Shown here: piece after piece, positions 20,141 through 30,748 of the stretch | How the letters are laid out: every line of letters begins with the position of its first letter | Numbering within the stretch: position 1 is the stretch's first letter | The notes under the pieces: model-generated | The model's input: the letters and a program-made list of their open reading frames with translations, nothing else | Database searches by the model: none | Told to the model about the DNA's origin: nothing | From: Candidatus Poribacteria bacterium | Lineage (GTDB): Bacteria; Poribacteria; WGA-4E; WGA-3G | Assembly (NCBI GenBank): GCA_965197475.1 | Contig: CBDANF010000003.1 | Location: 832,001 to 896,000 of the forward strand | Direction of reading: 5' to 3' | DNA length: 64,000 nt | Translations under genes and position numbers: made by a program

Positions 20141-21496
20141 CTGATATTTATCAAAATTCTTCATATGTCAATGTTTATCAATGTTTTCTTGGTATTTGTT
20201 CATGAGAATGCTCGCTGAGATCAGACAGCATCTGCCTCTGTCCTGAAAGTTCAAGTTGTCCTTGATGAAAGGTTTTTCGCACGGAGCGACTGACCTGCTG
20301 TATCAAAAGGTAGCTCATCACTTTCACACCTAAGTTCACATACGCGCCATTCCGTCCTTTTAGGCTCATGGATGCAAGGTTTAGGTCTGTTTTTAGATGC
20401 CGCCAATACTGTTCTATACCGTGGTGTTGAGACCATATCCGCAGGATTTCACAAGCACGGAGTGGTTTCCCGAATACGAGCATTGTTCGGACTTTGCCAC
20501 GGTCTGCAAAGAACAACACCACTACTTTTCCAAAAGTTGGACTTGTGGCTTTAGTCCGATAGACCGGTTTATCGCACCCCCATTGATTGGAGAGGAGTTT
20601 GATCGACTTTTTATGTTCCGAGAGTTTCGCCCTTTTTTCATCAATCGTCATCACATAGTTGCTTTTTCCGTGCACAAGGATCGTTTCAAATCCCATTTCT
20701 CGCAAGGTGTCAATCAAGTGGCGGCTACCATACCACGAATCAAAGGTGACCGGATAGTTTCGGATATCTATTCCGGTCCCTTCAAAGAAAGACAAGATTT
20801 CCTTGAACATAGTGATGACACAGGAGGGTTTATCCGTATTCCCGCGTCCTTGTTTGCTGATCAGTCGCATATTCAGGGGAATGATCCGTTTTCCAATCTT
20901 TAGGACGATCCCCAATATATTTTGCCCCTTCATCGGCTGTTTTGCTTGAGAAGACCACCAATTGGATGTGTAGGCGAGACCCTCTCCATAGCGGAAAACA
21001 AAGGTATCATCCACACTGATGACGATACACAGACGCGATAGAGAAGCAGCACTTTTTGATACTGCCTCCTGTAGCACCTCTAACGCAATAGAACACCCGA
21101 TACGCACAAAAAGATGCTGCCAGAGATAAAGACTCATCGTGTTCAGTTCCCGATATAGCCTCGTTTTCGGAATAGACAACGCATCCGCCACTTGATTCGG
21201 GTTAGTGAGCCCAAACAGATGGCAGGTTGACAAAAACACTAAGGTATTAACAAAATGCTGTTTCAAGGTCTGAAACTGTGAAGATAGAAGTTCTTGAAAA
21301 AAAGTGGTAGATTTGATAAGCTGAGTTAGCATGAGATATCCTCCTAATGTTTGTTTATATTCAAATCTGTAATTAGGATGCTATCTCATGCTATAAAAGT
21401 CAAGGAAAATGGACACAGCAAAAACGCATTTTCATGGTGCTATACCTTGTTTCTATTGATTATTATTAGGTTCAAGACCATTCTGAGAAATATCAG
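20141..21496 (-). mobile_element. IS701/IS4-superfamily-like DDE element
   Basis: TIR ctgatatttatcaaaat / attctgagaaatatcag around a 384-aa transposase. Confidence 0.8.
20178..21332 (-). CDS. DDE transposase
   Basis: SVDDT, TFDSWY, HGIEQYWRHLK motifs. Confidence 0.85.
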   Translation of the reverse strand: MLTQLIKSTTFFQELLSSQFQTLKQHFVNTLVFLSTCHLFGLTNPNQVADALSIPKTRLYRELNTMSLYLWQHLFVRIGCSIALEVLQEAVSKSAASLSRLCIVISVDDTFVFRYGEGLAYTSNWWSSQAKQPMKGQNILGIVLKIGKRIIPLNMRLISKQGRGNTDKPSCVITMFKEILSFFEGTGIDIRNYPVTFDSWYGSRHLIDTLREMGFETILVHGKSNYVMTIDEKRAKLSEHKKSIKLLSNQWGCDKPVYRTKATSPTFGKVVVLFFADRGKVRTMLVFGKPLRACEILRIWSQHHGIEQYWRHLKTDLNLASMSLKGRNGAYVNLGVKVMSYLLIQQVSRSVRKTFHQGQLELSGQRQMLSDLSEHSHEQIPRKH

Positions 21497-21567
21497 AAGG
21501 GTTAATTTCCTTAAGTTGACACATAATGGGTTTCGCAAACTCTACCCAACGGACGAATTAATGCAAT

Positions 21568-23756
21568 AGACATTATAATGATTTAAATAACAGGAGTTTC
21601 ATAACGCCAGGGTCTAAAGTTTAGTCGGAAGTTGTGTAAACCACAACAAGTTTCCATAACTAAATCACAAAACCCTTTCTTCCAATTCCTGAGTTTATCT
21701 TTGACAATGCGGCATCTTTTGACACCACTAATCGCATGTTCAACGCGTATGCGTATAGACGCTATCTTTCTATTGTTTTCTTTTTCTTCATTCGTCCGTT
21801 CTCTACCTCTCGGTTTTTTCTTCGGTTGAATGATGTTTATATCCGGGAGGGTGAAACCCTGAAAACCGGTATCTTGGGACAATGTGCTACCCTGTGGCAC
21901 ACAATAGCCCACCATATCGGCTATGTGTTTGTCATGGTGTCTTCCTTCAAAAGAGGGTGTCAATAGGACGACTTTGCAGGTCTCATTGATAATCAGATTA
22001 TTTTTCACTGTATGGCATTTCTTTTCGCAATAAGTCGTTTTGGACTTGGAAGTTTTTATTTTTCAGATTTCTCACGTTATACTTTCGGTGAGAAACTTCT
22101 CAAAGATGTTGGTTTCTCGGTAGTTATATTTATAGCCTGCCTCTGCGAGATACAGGGGCGTGTATCTTGTTGAGTAGTGGTGGTGTTGTCCATACCATGC
22201 CCTCTTGACGAAAGGCCAAAAAGCCTTCCATCGTATTGGTATGGATGTCGCCAGCCTCCCATTTCTCACTACGGTTAAGTGTCTCATGTTTCATTTCCTT
22301 ACCGATTTCGTTGTAGCTTCTATACTGATCGGTAATGAGTTCAGAATCTTCGGTATTGACGAATCTGTTGATGAAGTCGGAGATCGTCTCACCAGTGGCG
22401 TTGGATACGAGTTGTGCGATGGCGTGTCCACCACGTGCGACTGCGCCCAGCACGGCATCTTTAGCGGTGCCGCGTCCGCGTTTACGGGGTTCACCATCCT
22501 CCCGGTCATAGTCTTTGCGACGCTTACCACCGATATAGGTTTCATCTGCTTCAATGACCCCTTGTAGTAGGACATTATCCTTTCCCATCTCTGTGCGTAT
22601 AGCCATCATTAGACACCAAGCAGCTTTCTGTTTCATCCCTAAATCGCGCGCAAGTTGATGGGAGGACAAACTTTTCTTTGCGTTTGCCATGAGAGCGATA
22701 GCGAGAAACCACTTTTGGAGCGGTATCTTCGTGCCGTGAAATATTGTGCCGTGTGTCACCTTGAATGTAGCACGGCAATCGTGGCAGTTCCAGCGTCCGA
22801 CACGCCCAACCTCGTGTTCGTTCCGCCTTCGGACGTTTAGACTTGGACAATGCGGGCATTCTGGCGATTCTTTCCATCGGAGCCGCTCCAGATATTCGAT
22901 GCAATCCTCTTGCGTTGAGAACGTCTTCATCACCTTGATTAAATCCATCAGAAAACACTCCTGTTTTTTGGAGTTGCATTTTTCTGATAGTTTCTGATAC
23001 AATATCAGATAAGTGTGAACCAGAAAAGCAACTCGCTTTTTTGAGTTTCAAATAGGGGGTTGATACCCCCTATTTTCTTACTGATATTATACTATGAAAA
23101 CCCTTTATTTACAAGGGTTTAGCGCACTTTTCCAACTTTTGTCAAGTCCAAAACGACTTATTCCGTTTCTTTTTACCACTATAATACGCCTTTTGAGTTG
23201 ACGGGTCTTTTGGGCGTCGTATCGGGCGTTCGGTGCTATCATGAAAAAAATGTTCTCCTTCTTGATTTTGAGTTGATACTTTTGATGGAGCACATATAGG
23301 GGCGGGGTCTGTTTCCCGAGATGGCAACTCTCCAAGTTCTGCTAATGCTTTGTTCAATATCGATAAAAGCAAGTGAATCCATCTATTAGCAAGAGGTTGA
23401 GACATGCCAAAGAGCGCACCGAATAGCACTTGTTTCGGTGCTTCACGAAGGTAAATCAGTATAAATAGCAACATATCTTCAGGTGTATCAAAACGACTAT
23501 TTTTATACGGTTTATATCTCCGTTTTTTGCGCGGTTTTCCTGCAAGGGTATGTGTTTGAACATACTCTAAAAAACATTTAGTAAAATAAGGTGATAGTTC
23601 AGTCCAATCTTCTAAGGTATATCCGGTGAGGGACAGGAGCGTATCAGGTTTGTCCTTTAGTTCTTGAAAACTTATCATGAGTTAGCCTCCTATTGTCCGA
23701 TTGTAATAAGTATAATAGAGACTAACCAAACGGACAACTAATTAGTTATAATGTCT
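21568..23756 (-). mobile_element. IS5-family (ISL2-like) element interrupted by IS1595
   Basis: TIR agacattataa/ttataatgtct, AAT duplication; near-identical to the intact copy at 32916-33956; transposase split into 23174-23678 and 21583-22025. Confidence 0.9.
22026..23165 (-). mobile_element. IS1595-family element; transposase 22072-22948 frameshifted near 22222
   Basis: 23-bp TIR cgcaataagtcgttttggacttg; 8-bp TSD tttctttt; CPHC Zn ribbon, EADETYIGG, ITDQY, HTNTMEGF. Confidence 0.92.
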
Positions 23757-23791
23757 AATATAATCACTTAGAAATGGTATAAGAATTTAAT

Positions 23792-23902
23792 CTGATATTT
23801 CTTACAAAGGTGCAGAACCTAATAACAATCAACACAAATCAGGTATTACGCCATGAATATGCGTTTTCTTTTTGAAATCAGAAGGATTTTGAGAAATATC
23901 AG
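23792..23902. mobile_element. MITE derived from the 20141-21496 IS family
   Basis: ctgatatttc...gaaatatcag ends; first ~75 bp align to the IS end at 21420-21496 (reverse complement). Confidence 0.75.
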
Positions 23903-23954
23903 TAAAGTATAATCACTCGGACACCATTATGAAATAACAGCGCGCCTACAAGTA

Positions 23955-24046
23955 ATACCAAATTAACTTGATCCCACTCGGTAGGCGCGCTTTGTAAGCG
24001 CGCTGCTTGCCCAGAAAAAATAAGACTAATCCCGTTAATTTGGTAT
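23955..24046. mobile_element. MITE carrying a REP-like palindrome
   Basis: 13-bp TIR ataccaaattaac/gttaatttggtat; internal gtaggcgcgctttgtaagcgcgc 23981-24003. Confidence 0.6.
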
Positions 24047-24111
24047 AATACCTACGTATTTTAGTTTATTAGTGACGTATTGACGGGCTTAACAAAACCG
24101 TTCTCTCTTCT

Positions 24112-24624
24112 TCATTTTGCATGCCCTATGAGAAGCACTGCAGCAGGCAAAGAGGTTTCCGCAGACTTACCATAAGCCCAATCAATACTTCCAATATCAG
24201 CATCCGTTTCCAACTTATGATATGGCAAATTCCACGCTTTGAGCGTCGGTTCAAGGCAGGTAGCAACGGAGTCAACCCACTTTCCATCAGTGTCACGGTT
24301 GTGATACCCCCGATATCCGATAAACACAACGACAGGCACTTGCATGTTTATAACAGTGCCACGGATCGCATCACCAGATTCCAAGAAGCCTGTATTTTGG
24401 ATGATGATTATAGGCTTTTTACCACCAACATACAATCCTGCTGCGATCGCGAATGCCTCACCTTCGCGGGTTACTGTAATAACCTCAATTTCCTGATCTG
24501 CCCGCAATAGTTCATAAATCCGCGCGCTGCCGTTGTCTGGCACACCAACGGCATGGGTGATATTCTGTTTTTTCAACGCATCTACAATTATTTGTGCTGA
24601 TGCCACAAAACGTTCCTCATTCAT
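24112..24624 (-). CDS. TPP-dependent decarboxylase alpha subunit (ComD/phosphonopyruvate decarboxylase-like)
   Basis: GVPD, TREGEAFAIAAG, IQNTG, GYRG. Confidence 0.75.
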   Translation of the reverse strand: MNEERFVASAQIIVDALKKQNITHAVGVPDNGSARIYELLRADQEIEVITVTREGEAFAIAAGLYVGGKKPIIIIQNTGFLESGDAIRGTVINMQVPVVVFIGYRGYHNRDTDGKWVDSVATCLEPTLKAWNLPYHKLETDADIGSIDWAYGKSAETSLPAAVLLIGHAK

Positions 24625-24692
24625 GCAGTTGGGCAGGCACAGTGACCTACCCTTATGAAAATTACTGATAATCCGCTTCTATTTTTCGAAGT

Positions 24693-26636
24693 TTACTGTC
24701 TACCTTCAACCAATGCGTCAACCACTGTCGGATCGGCAAGGGTAGAGGTATCGCCAAGATCAGAAATGTCGCCTTCCGCTATTTTACGCAAAATGCGCCG
24801 CATAATCTTACCTGATCGCGTCTTCGGCAAAGCGGGTGTAAACTGAATCTTATCCGGCGTAGCGATAGGTCCAATGTGTTGCCGCACTGCCTGTTTGATA
24901 CCTGCCGCCACTTCTTCGGAGGCAGATTCACCCGTCATGAGTGTGACATACGCATAGATACCTTGTCCCTTGATGTCATGCGGGTATCCAACAACCGCAG
25001 CTTCCGCAACAGCATCATGCTGCCCGATCGCGCCTTCAACCTCAGCCGTTCCCAACCTATGTCCAGAGACATTCAGCACGTCGTCCACACGACCAGTAAT
25101 CCAGTAATATCCATCTTCATCACGCAGCACACCATCGCCTGTCATGTAATAGCCGGGGAATCGCCGAAAATAGACATCTATAAAGCGTTCATGGTCGCCA
25201 TACACTGTGCGCATGATCCCGGGCCAAGCAGTTTTAATGCAGAGATAGCCGGTCGCAGGATTCCCTTCCACTTCGTTTCCTTCTTCATCTAATATCACAG
25301 GTTCAATACCGAAGAATGGGAACGTTGCGGAGCCGGGCTTCAGCGGAGTCGCCGCGGGTAATGGCGTAATCAGAATTCCGCCTGTTTCGGTCTGCCACCA
25401 TGTATCAACAATCGGACACCGTTTCTCGCCAACTATGTTATAATACCATAACCATTCCGGTTCTTTAATCGGTTCCCCAACTGTTCCAAGCAATCGGAGC
25501 GTAGACCTGTCGTATTTTTCTACCCATGTATCGCCCTCCTTCATCAAGGCACGTAGTGCTGTAGGTGCGGTATAGAAAAGATTAATTTTATGTTTTTCTA
25601 CGACTTGCCAAAATCGTCCAAAATCTGGGTAATTCGGGACACCTTCAAACATAACGCTAATTGCACGATTAGCAAGCGGTCCGTAGATAATGTAAGAATG
25701 CCCGGTAATCCAACCTATATCAGCAGTGCACCAATAGACATCACCTTCATGATAGTCAAAAATCTGTTGATGGGTATAAGAGGTGTATACCATATAACCG
25801 CCCGTAGTATGCAAAACACCTTTCGGTTTTCCTGTTGAACCGGATGTATAAAGAATGAAAAGCGGGTCTTCAGCATTCATTACTACCGGTTCACATTCGG
25901 CATCCGCTGCTGCCATTGCTTCGTGCCACCAAACATCACGTGTAGCGTCAAAATCAACCTCATCACTAGTGCGTTTCACTACGACAACCTTTTCAATAGA
26001 CGGACAATCCGCTACTGCAGCATCGGCGTTTGCCTTCATCGGAATATCGCTTCGGGTGCCACGCATCGCTGTATCTTGTGTTATCAACAGTTTGCATGTC
26101 GAATCGTTAATGCGATCTCGCAGCGATTCTGCTGAAAACGCACCAAAAACGATGGAATGAACGGCACCGATCCTTGCACATGCCAACATCGCAATAGCCA
26201 ATTCTGGCACCATTTGCAAGTAGATACAGACACGGTCACCTTTTTTAACACCTTGTGATTTCAGGACATTGGAAAATTTTTTGACCTCTGCAAGCAGTTC
26301 ACTAAAACTAAATGTCTTATCTTCGGAAGGGTCATTTCCTTCCCAAATAATAGCTGTCTCATCGCCGTGTCCTGCTTCCACGTGCCGATCAAGGCAGTTA
26401 TAACAGGCGTTTAATGTGCCGCCTTCAAACCATTTTATCTGTGCATTTACAAAATCATAATCCCGAACCGTATCCCATTTTTGATACCACGTCAACCTGT
26501 CAGCAATTGTTGCCCAAAAACTTTCTGGGTCTTGAATTGATTCAGCGTATCGTGCCTGATACGCTTCTAAACTGTTGACGTGAGCGTCACCGATTGGATA
26601 GGCAGTCTCCTTCGGTGGAAATATATTGTTAGCCAT
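24693..26636 (-). CDS. acs: Acetyl-CoA synthetase
   Basis: [32 protein letters not shown]. Confidence 0.97.
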   Translation of the reverse strand: MANNIFPPKETAYPIGDAHVNSLEAYQARYAESIQDPESFWATIADRLTWYQKWDTVRDYDFVNAQIKWFEGGTLNACYNCLDRHVEAGHGDETAIIWEGNDPSEDKTFSFSELLAEVKKFSNVLKSQGVKKGDRVCIYLQMVPELAIAMLACARIGAVHSIVFGAFSAESLRDRINDSTCKLLITQDTAMRGTRSDIPMKANADAAVADCPSIEKVVVVKRTSDEVDFDATRDVWWHEAMAAADAECEPVVMNAEDPLFILYTSGSTGKPKGVLHTTGGYMVYTSYTHQQIFDYHEGDVYWCTADIGWITGHSYIIYGPLANRAISVMFEGVPNYPDFGRFWQVVEKHKINLFYTAPTALRALMKEGDTWVEKYDRSTLRLLGTVGEPIKEPEWLWYYNIVGEKRCPIVDTWWQTETGGILITPLPAATPLKPGSATFPFFGIEPVILDEEGNEVEGNPATGYLCIKTAWPGIMRTVYGDHERFIDVYFRRFPGYYMTGDGVLRDEDGYYWITGRVDDVLNVSGHRLGTAEVEGAIGQHDAVAEAAVVGYPHDIKGQGIYAYVTLMTGESASEEVAAGIKQAVRQHIGPIATPDKIQFTPALPKTRSGKIMRRILRKIAEGDISDLGDTSTLADPTVVDALVEGRQ

Positions 26637-26694
26637 CTATTCTCTCCTGTATGAACTTATCTGTGCGTCATTCGGTTGTCTTGAGTTTGATTCC

Positions 26695-26723
26695 ATTTTA
26701 TAGCATAACGGGGAATGTGTCAA
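26695..26723 (-). promoter_or_regulatory. sigma70 promoter of acs
   Basis: TTGACA-N17-TAAAAT. Confidence 0.6.
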
Positions 26724-26747
26724 CACATATAGCTGCAACCCTGTAAC

Positions 26748-27752
26748 TTAAGTTAGATTTTCTTTTAGTTCCGCTAGAGTACTAATAGGTGTCTCGCTTA
26801 TGTTGTCAAACAATAGTGATCGAACTATCTCTGGTGTAGACGACTCATTTGCGATAAATCTGTCGCAAAAATTCAAATATTCTAAGTACTCAAAGTCACG
26901 TGCGGCTGATTGGTCTAAATGTTTCGTATTGTGGATAGTAGCACAGAGTATAAAGTACTCTAGATAACAGATGTACATTGGATATGCTAAATCTGGGTAA
27001 TTTTTCGAGGTGAATCTTTTTTCTTCAATTATTCGATCGCGAAGTTTTTTGACATCCCTTGGAGTAAGATGGAGAAATCCTGTGAAATATTCAATAATTT
27101 GGCCTACCGATCCATTTTCAATTTCTTTCAGTGCTTCTTTAGCAATGTAATCCAGTTCCTGTGTCACATAACCGAGTCCATCTTCCTCTAACATGTGTTT
27201 AAGTTCTTCCTTAGATGGAATTCTGTTATTCGGTCCTTGACGGAATCTTTGAGCTTCTGCGATCTTGCTAATAGTAAGTTTCGCTTTGTTGGAATCTAAT
27301 ACATCAGATTTCATCTGCATTTCGCGCTTGAAATCACTTATTCGGGATTCATAATGTGATATAAGTTCTTCCGGTGAGACTCGCTCCATTGATATAGAAA
27401 TAGATGATATGCAATTCCTTGCAATTTCTCTTGAGGTTAGAATAGTATGAAACTTTACGTCATAAAATGAATTGGGTTGTATCCGTATAGTAGGCGGTAT
27501 ATTGGTATTGCCTTTAATAACTATGGGATTTTTTATTAGTCTTAATCTTTCGCAAAGTATCTTCCTTTGTTTAGGTTCCCTGTTTGGCACAAGACATTCC
27601 ATTACAAATATCCGAGGGCAAAAGACATTATACTTTTCGTTTAGTTTGAGAAGTTCGTCGTTGCTAATAGCTTGGAAAGCACATCTGTCAAACAAGAGAA
27701 GTTTTCTGTCATGTGGGTAATTGTTGCTTTTTATACACTCAACGTGAATCAT
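26748..27752 (-). CDS. AT-rich hypothetical protein
   Basis: 334-aa ORF with no recognised family. Confidence 0.6.
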   Translation of the reverse strand: MIHVECIKSNNYPHDRKLLLFDRCAFQAISNDELLKLNEKYNVFCPRIFVMECLVPNREPKQRKILCERLRLIKNPIVIKGNTNIPPTIRIQPNSFYDVKFHTILTSREIARNCISSISISMERVSPEELISHYESRISDFKREMQMKSDVLDSNKAKLTISKIAEAQRFRQGPNNRIPSKEELKHMLEEDGLGYVTQELDYIAKEALKEIENGSVGQIIEYFTGFLHLTPRDVKKLRDRIIEEKRFTSKNYPDLAYPMYICYLEYFILCATIHNTKHLDQSAARDFEYLEYLNFCDRFIANESSTPEIVRSLLFDNISETPISTLAELKENLT

Positions 27753-28015
27753 GTTACTTGCCTTTTTTACAATAACTTTGACACACTAATACGTTGGTGA
27801 GAAAATTTTTAACATACAGTTTCGTTTTGGTGTATCTTGAAAATGGAAACATGATTTGAGATAGACCTTAGAAAAGACTTGGTTTAGTGGTTCACTCGCT
27901 AAACATTTATCATATAGAGAACGGACGGAATAGATCCAAAAGTCCCTCCCCCTTGATAAGGGGGGTAGGGGGGTTGGAAATTTAGGGATTTCAAAACATA
28001 GAATACTGAAATTAC

Positions 28016-28531
28016 TTAGCGAGTCAACCATTTAGTGACAAGAATCCCATATTCTGTACATTTTTCGATGACCACCTTTTCATTTTTGCAGTTTTCCAAA
28101 ATGAAGTAATTTTCTTTCAAATCCGCTATTTTGTTAATTGAAATACTCTGTTGATTAAGGTGTTCTATGAGAATGGTAGGAACAAAATAAAGTTCGTAGG
28201 TGTTATCGTCTACGGGATGAATTCCAATGACAACGTCTGAGGTTGCAGTGGATTGTCTGTATGTTTTAACACCCGACTTATACTCCCTATCAACTCCACC
28301 TCTTGCACCACCAGTAAAAGAAACGGAATTTTTGGCAGTTTTAACTTGGGCACGGATAATGTCTTCAGTATCATCATCTTCCTTACGCACGATGATAATG
28401 TCGTAAGGTGATAAAGGCAAATCAACCAAAGAAACGTTTTGATATTTTTTCATCAGAATTCCGGCCACAATGTGCTCATGAGCAAATCCGTCTACTGAAG
28501 CCTGTCTACCTCTTTCTTCTGAGTTAGCCAT
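28016..28531 (-). CDS. PD-(D/E)XK nuclease, probable type II restriction endonuclease
   Basis: E..V...PYDII...QVKTA; directly follows an MTase. Confidence 0.7.
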   Translation of the reverse strand: MANSEERGRQASVDGFAHEHIVAGILMKKYQNVSLVDLPLSPYDIIIVRKEDDDTEDIIRAQVKTAKNSVSFTGGARGGVDREYKSGVKTYRQSTATSDVVIGIHPVDDNTYELYFVPTILIEHLNQQSISINKIADLKENYFILENCKNEKVVIEKCTEYGILVTKWLTR

Positions 28532-28548
28532 GTCCTACCTCTGTCCGT

Positions 28549-29841
28549 TTATTTTTTGAGAACTAAAATCCAATCGGTGTTGATACGTTCTTCTCTTGGA
28601 ACCTTGATGAAATGTTTGATAATCTCCGAACCGAAATAGGTTTCAATTTCAAATCCAATTTCTTCTGCAATCGGCATCAGGTACTTCCAATTCTCAAATA
28701 ACTGCCCGCGAATTCGATTATTGCCAACGACAACGATGTACCTACCATCTTTGCGCAATACCTTGTAAACTTCGGCAAGGTTTTTTCGCATATCGTCAAG
28801 ATATTTGAAGGCGATGTATGCACGCCTCGGATCCGCTTCAAAAATGTTAGCCATCACTTTGTCCGCCTCTGGCACTCCTATTTCGTGTCGGTTTTTGTAA
28901 TTGCTGGCAGATACACTCTCCGTACCGACGTTCTGTTTCTTCAAAGCAGTTAATGAGTCCTGTGCGAAACCGAGCCAATACATCTCCAATTGATGGGTCC
29001 TCGGATAGTCAACGGCATTGACATACGGCGGAGAGGTTACCGCGAGATCGAAAAAATTATCCTCATACCTGATATTCCGGGCATCCATATCTTCTGGAAA
29101 ATCAACGGTAATGTCAGTCGGATAGTTTTGGGAAAACGCAATCATTTTCGGCACTTTGGTGAGAACTGTTTTTGCGAATCGGTTCAACGCATCGGAAGGC
29201 TTTACCAATTTGTTCAATTTCTTTCGAATCACTGTCCGTGTGCAATTATCATCGGCGTTGGAAACAGAACGGATAATAGACGAAAGGCAGACTTTGTAAA
29301 AATCTTTTATCTCACCGTTGGTGTCAAGTTGTTGGATCTGTTTCCTTAAATAGGATAACTCATAGAGGATTTCTGTGTTAAACCAGTTGTCTCTATAAGG
29401 AAAATTCGGTAAGTCGGATTCGGTAACCTGTGAGGAGTCGTAATTGAGGATAGCCTCCATAAGCGATTTTTGCGCAGACTTAAGTTCTCTTTCTGGCAAA
29501 GGGGTTACCTTCACTTTTGAAATAAAACGAGAAAATGGGTCAACATCTATTCCAACAGAGTTACGCTTAGAGAGAAGTGCCTCAACATTTGTTGTGCCGC
29601 TCCCAGCAAACGGATCCAAGATTAGTGCGTGTTCATGAGAATACCGTTTGATGAGCCAACGCGGTAATTCTGGAAAAAATTTGGCGGGGTACTTATGTAA
29701 GCCGTGCGTTAGCAGACTTTGGTCGTGACTGATAAATAGAAACCTATCTCCTTCTTTTGCAGGCAAGTCAACAGGAATATCCCCATCTACCCGAACAATA
29801 TTTTCGCCAAAGCCGTTTATAATTTCAGTTACGTTGTTCAT
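28549..29841 (-). CDS. DNA methyltransferase (N4-cytosine type)
   Basis: HKYPAKF, DPFAGSGTT, TSPPY. Confidence 0.88.
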   Translation of the reverse strand: MNNVTEIINGFGENIVRVDGDIPVDLPAKEGDRFLFISHDQSLLTHGLHKYPAKFFPELPRWLIKRYSHEHALILDPFAGSGTTNVEALLSKRNSVGIDVDPFSRFISKVKVTPLPERELKSAQKSLMEAILNYDSSQVTESDLPNFPYRDNWFNTEILYELSYLRKQIQQLDTNGEIKDFYKVCLSSIIRSVSNADDNCTRTVIRKKLNKLVKPSDALNRFAKTVLTKVPKMIAFSQNYPTDITVDFPEDMDARNIRYEDNFFDLAVTSPPYVNAVDYPRTHQLEMYWLGFAQDSLTALKKQNVGTESVSASNYKNRHEIGVPEADKVMANIFEADPRRAYIAFKYLDDMRKNLAEVYKVLRKDGRYIVVVGNNRIRGQLFENWKYLMPIAEEIGFEIETYFGSEIIKHFIKVPREERINTDWILVLKK

Positions 29842-29912
29842 CGTTTCTTTCTTGAATCTGTCAACAAAAAGGTTGTGCCTTTGGGCATCTGTTCCATTTT
29901 TCTAATATTTTA

Positions 29913-30137
29913 CTATACTTTGGACAATTTATAGAGTTCTTGAGTGATAGTCAAGGTCAATAGAAACACCTTAGACATCAATATAAGATTTATTGATACA
30001 CATATCGCCCCGCTGGGGCTGCCTTTGCTGAACCTATAATAGTTTTCTGTGGGTTACAACTTTGCACAAAACTCGTAGAAAAATAGAAAGGACTTGAGAA
30101 CACAACATGAAACAGACAGAAATTGTCCAAACTTTAG
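29913..30137. mobile_element. MITE-B, copy without the C insert
   Basis: 18-bp imperfect TIR; matches 8401-8833 minus the C insert; a lone end also at 15313-15330. Confidence 0.85.
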
Positions 30138-30199
30138 AATATTTCAATTGTAGCACAATTACTACATAGATGCAAGAACTCGTCAAAGCGTCACGAAAT

Positions 30200-30264
30200 A
30201 AATACGACCTATTTAGTAAGGTATACCATAATTATTTGACTTTTTTCGTAAGATATATTATAAT
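30200..30264 (+). promoter_or_regulatory. sigma70 promoter plus putative Rrf2/IscR-type box
   Basis: TTGACT-N17-TATAAT at 30236-30264; aaatacgacctatttagtaaggtat (30200-30224) resembles the IscR type 1 consensus. Confidence 0.55.
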
Positions 30265-30309
30265 TGTAGTAACCTGAATAGGTTGATATAAAAAAGGAGG
30301 GGGGGTCAG

Positions 30310-30747
30310 ATGCAGTTGTCCGCTAAGTTGAAATATGCAGTTTGTGCGATGTTAGAACTCGGTCTGCAATATCGTAAAGAATTCGTTTCGGTCACAGTGT
30401 TGGCGGAAAAACGTTGTATTCCAGGTCCGTTTTTGGAAAAACTTCTGTTACAACTAAAACATGCTGGGTTGACGACGAGTCGGCGTGGTCCTGAGGGTGG
30501 ATATAGTTTAGCACTGGCACCGGAAAAAATCCGGATAGGGGATATTTTTACTGCTTTAGAAGGCCCCGTCAATTTTACTGAGGGGTTTGAAGCACAGGAA
30601 TCGTATGAATTAGTTCCGTTTTTTGCGGAAATTGAGGAAAATGTCCGTGATGCATTAAACACAAAAACCCTGCATGAGCTCTGTTGCCATGCACGAAAAT
30701 ATAAAAAGTTATCGCAACCGACACATTCGCATCCATTCTTTATATGA
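30310..30747 (+). CDS. Rrf2-family regulator (CymR-like)
   Basis: FLEKLL.QLK.AGL..SRRGPEGGY.LA; lacks the IscR three-Cys motif; precedes cysK. Confidence 0.88.
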   Translation: MQLSAKLKYAVCAMLELGLQYRKEFVSVTVLAEKRCIPGPFLEKLLLQLKHAGLTTSRRGPEGGYSLALAPEKIRIGDIFTALEGPVNFTEGFEAQESYELVPFFAEIEENVRDALNTKTLHELCCHARKYKKLSQPTHSHPFFI

Positions 30748-30748
30748 A

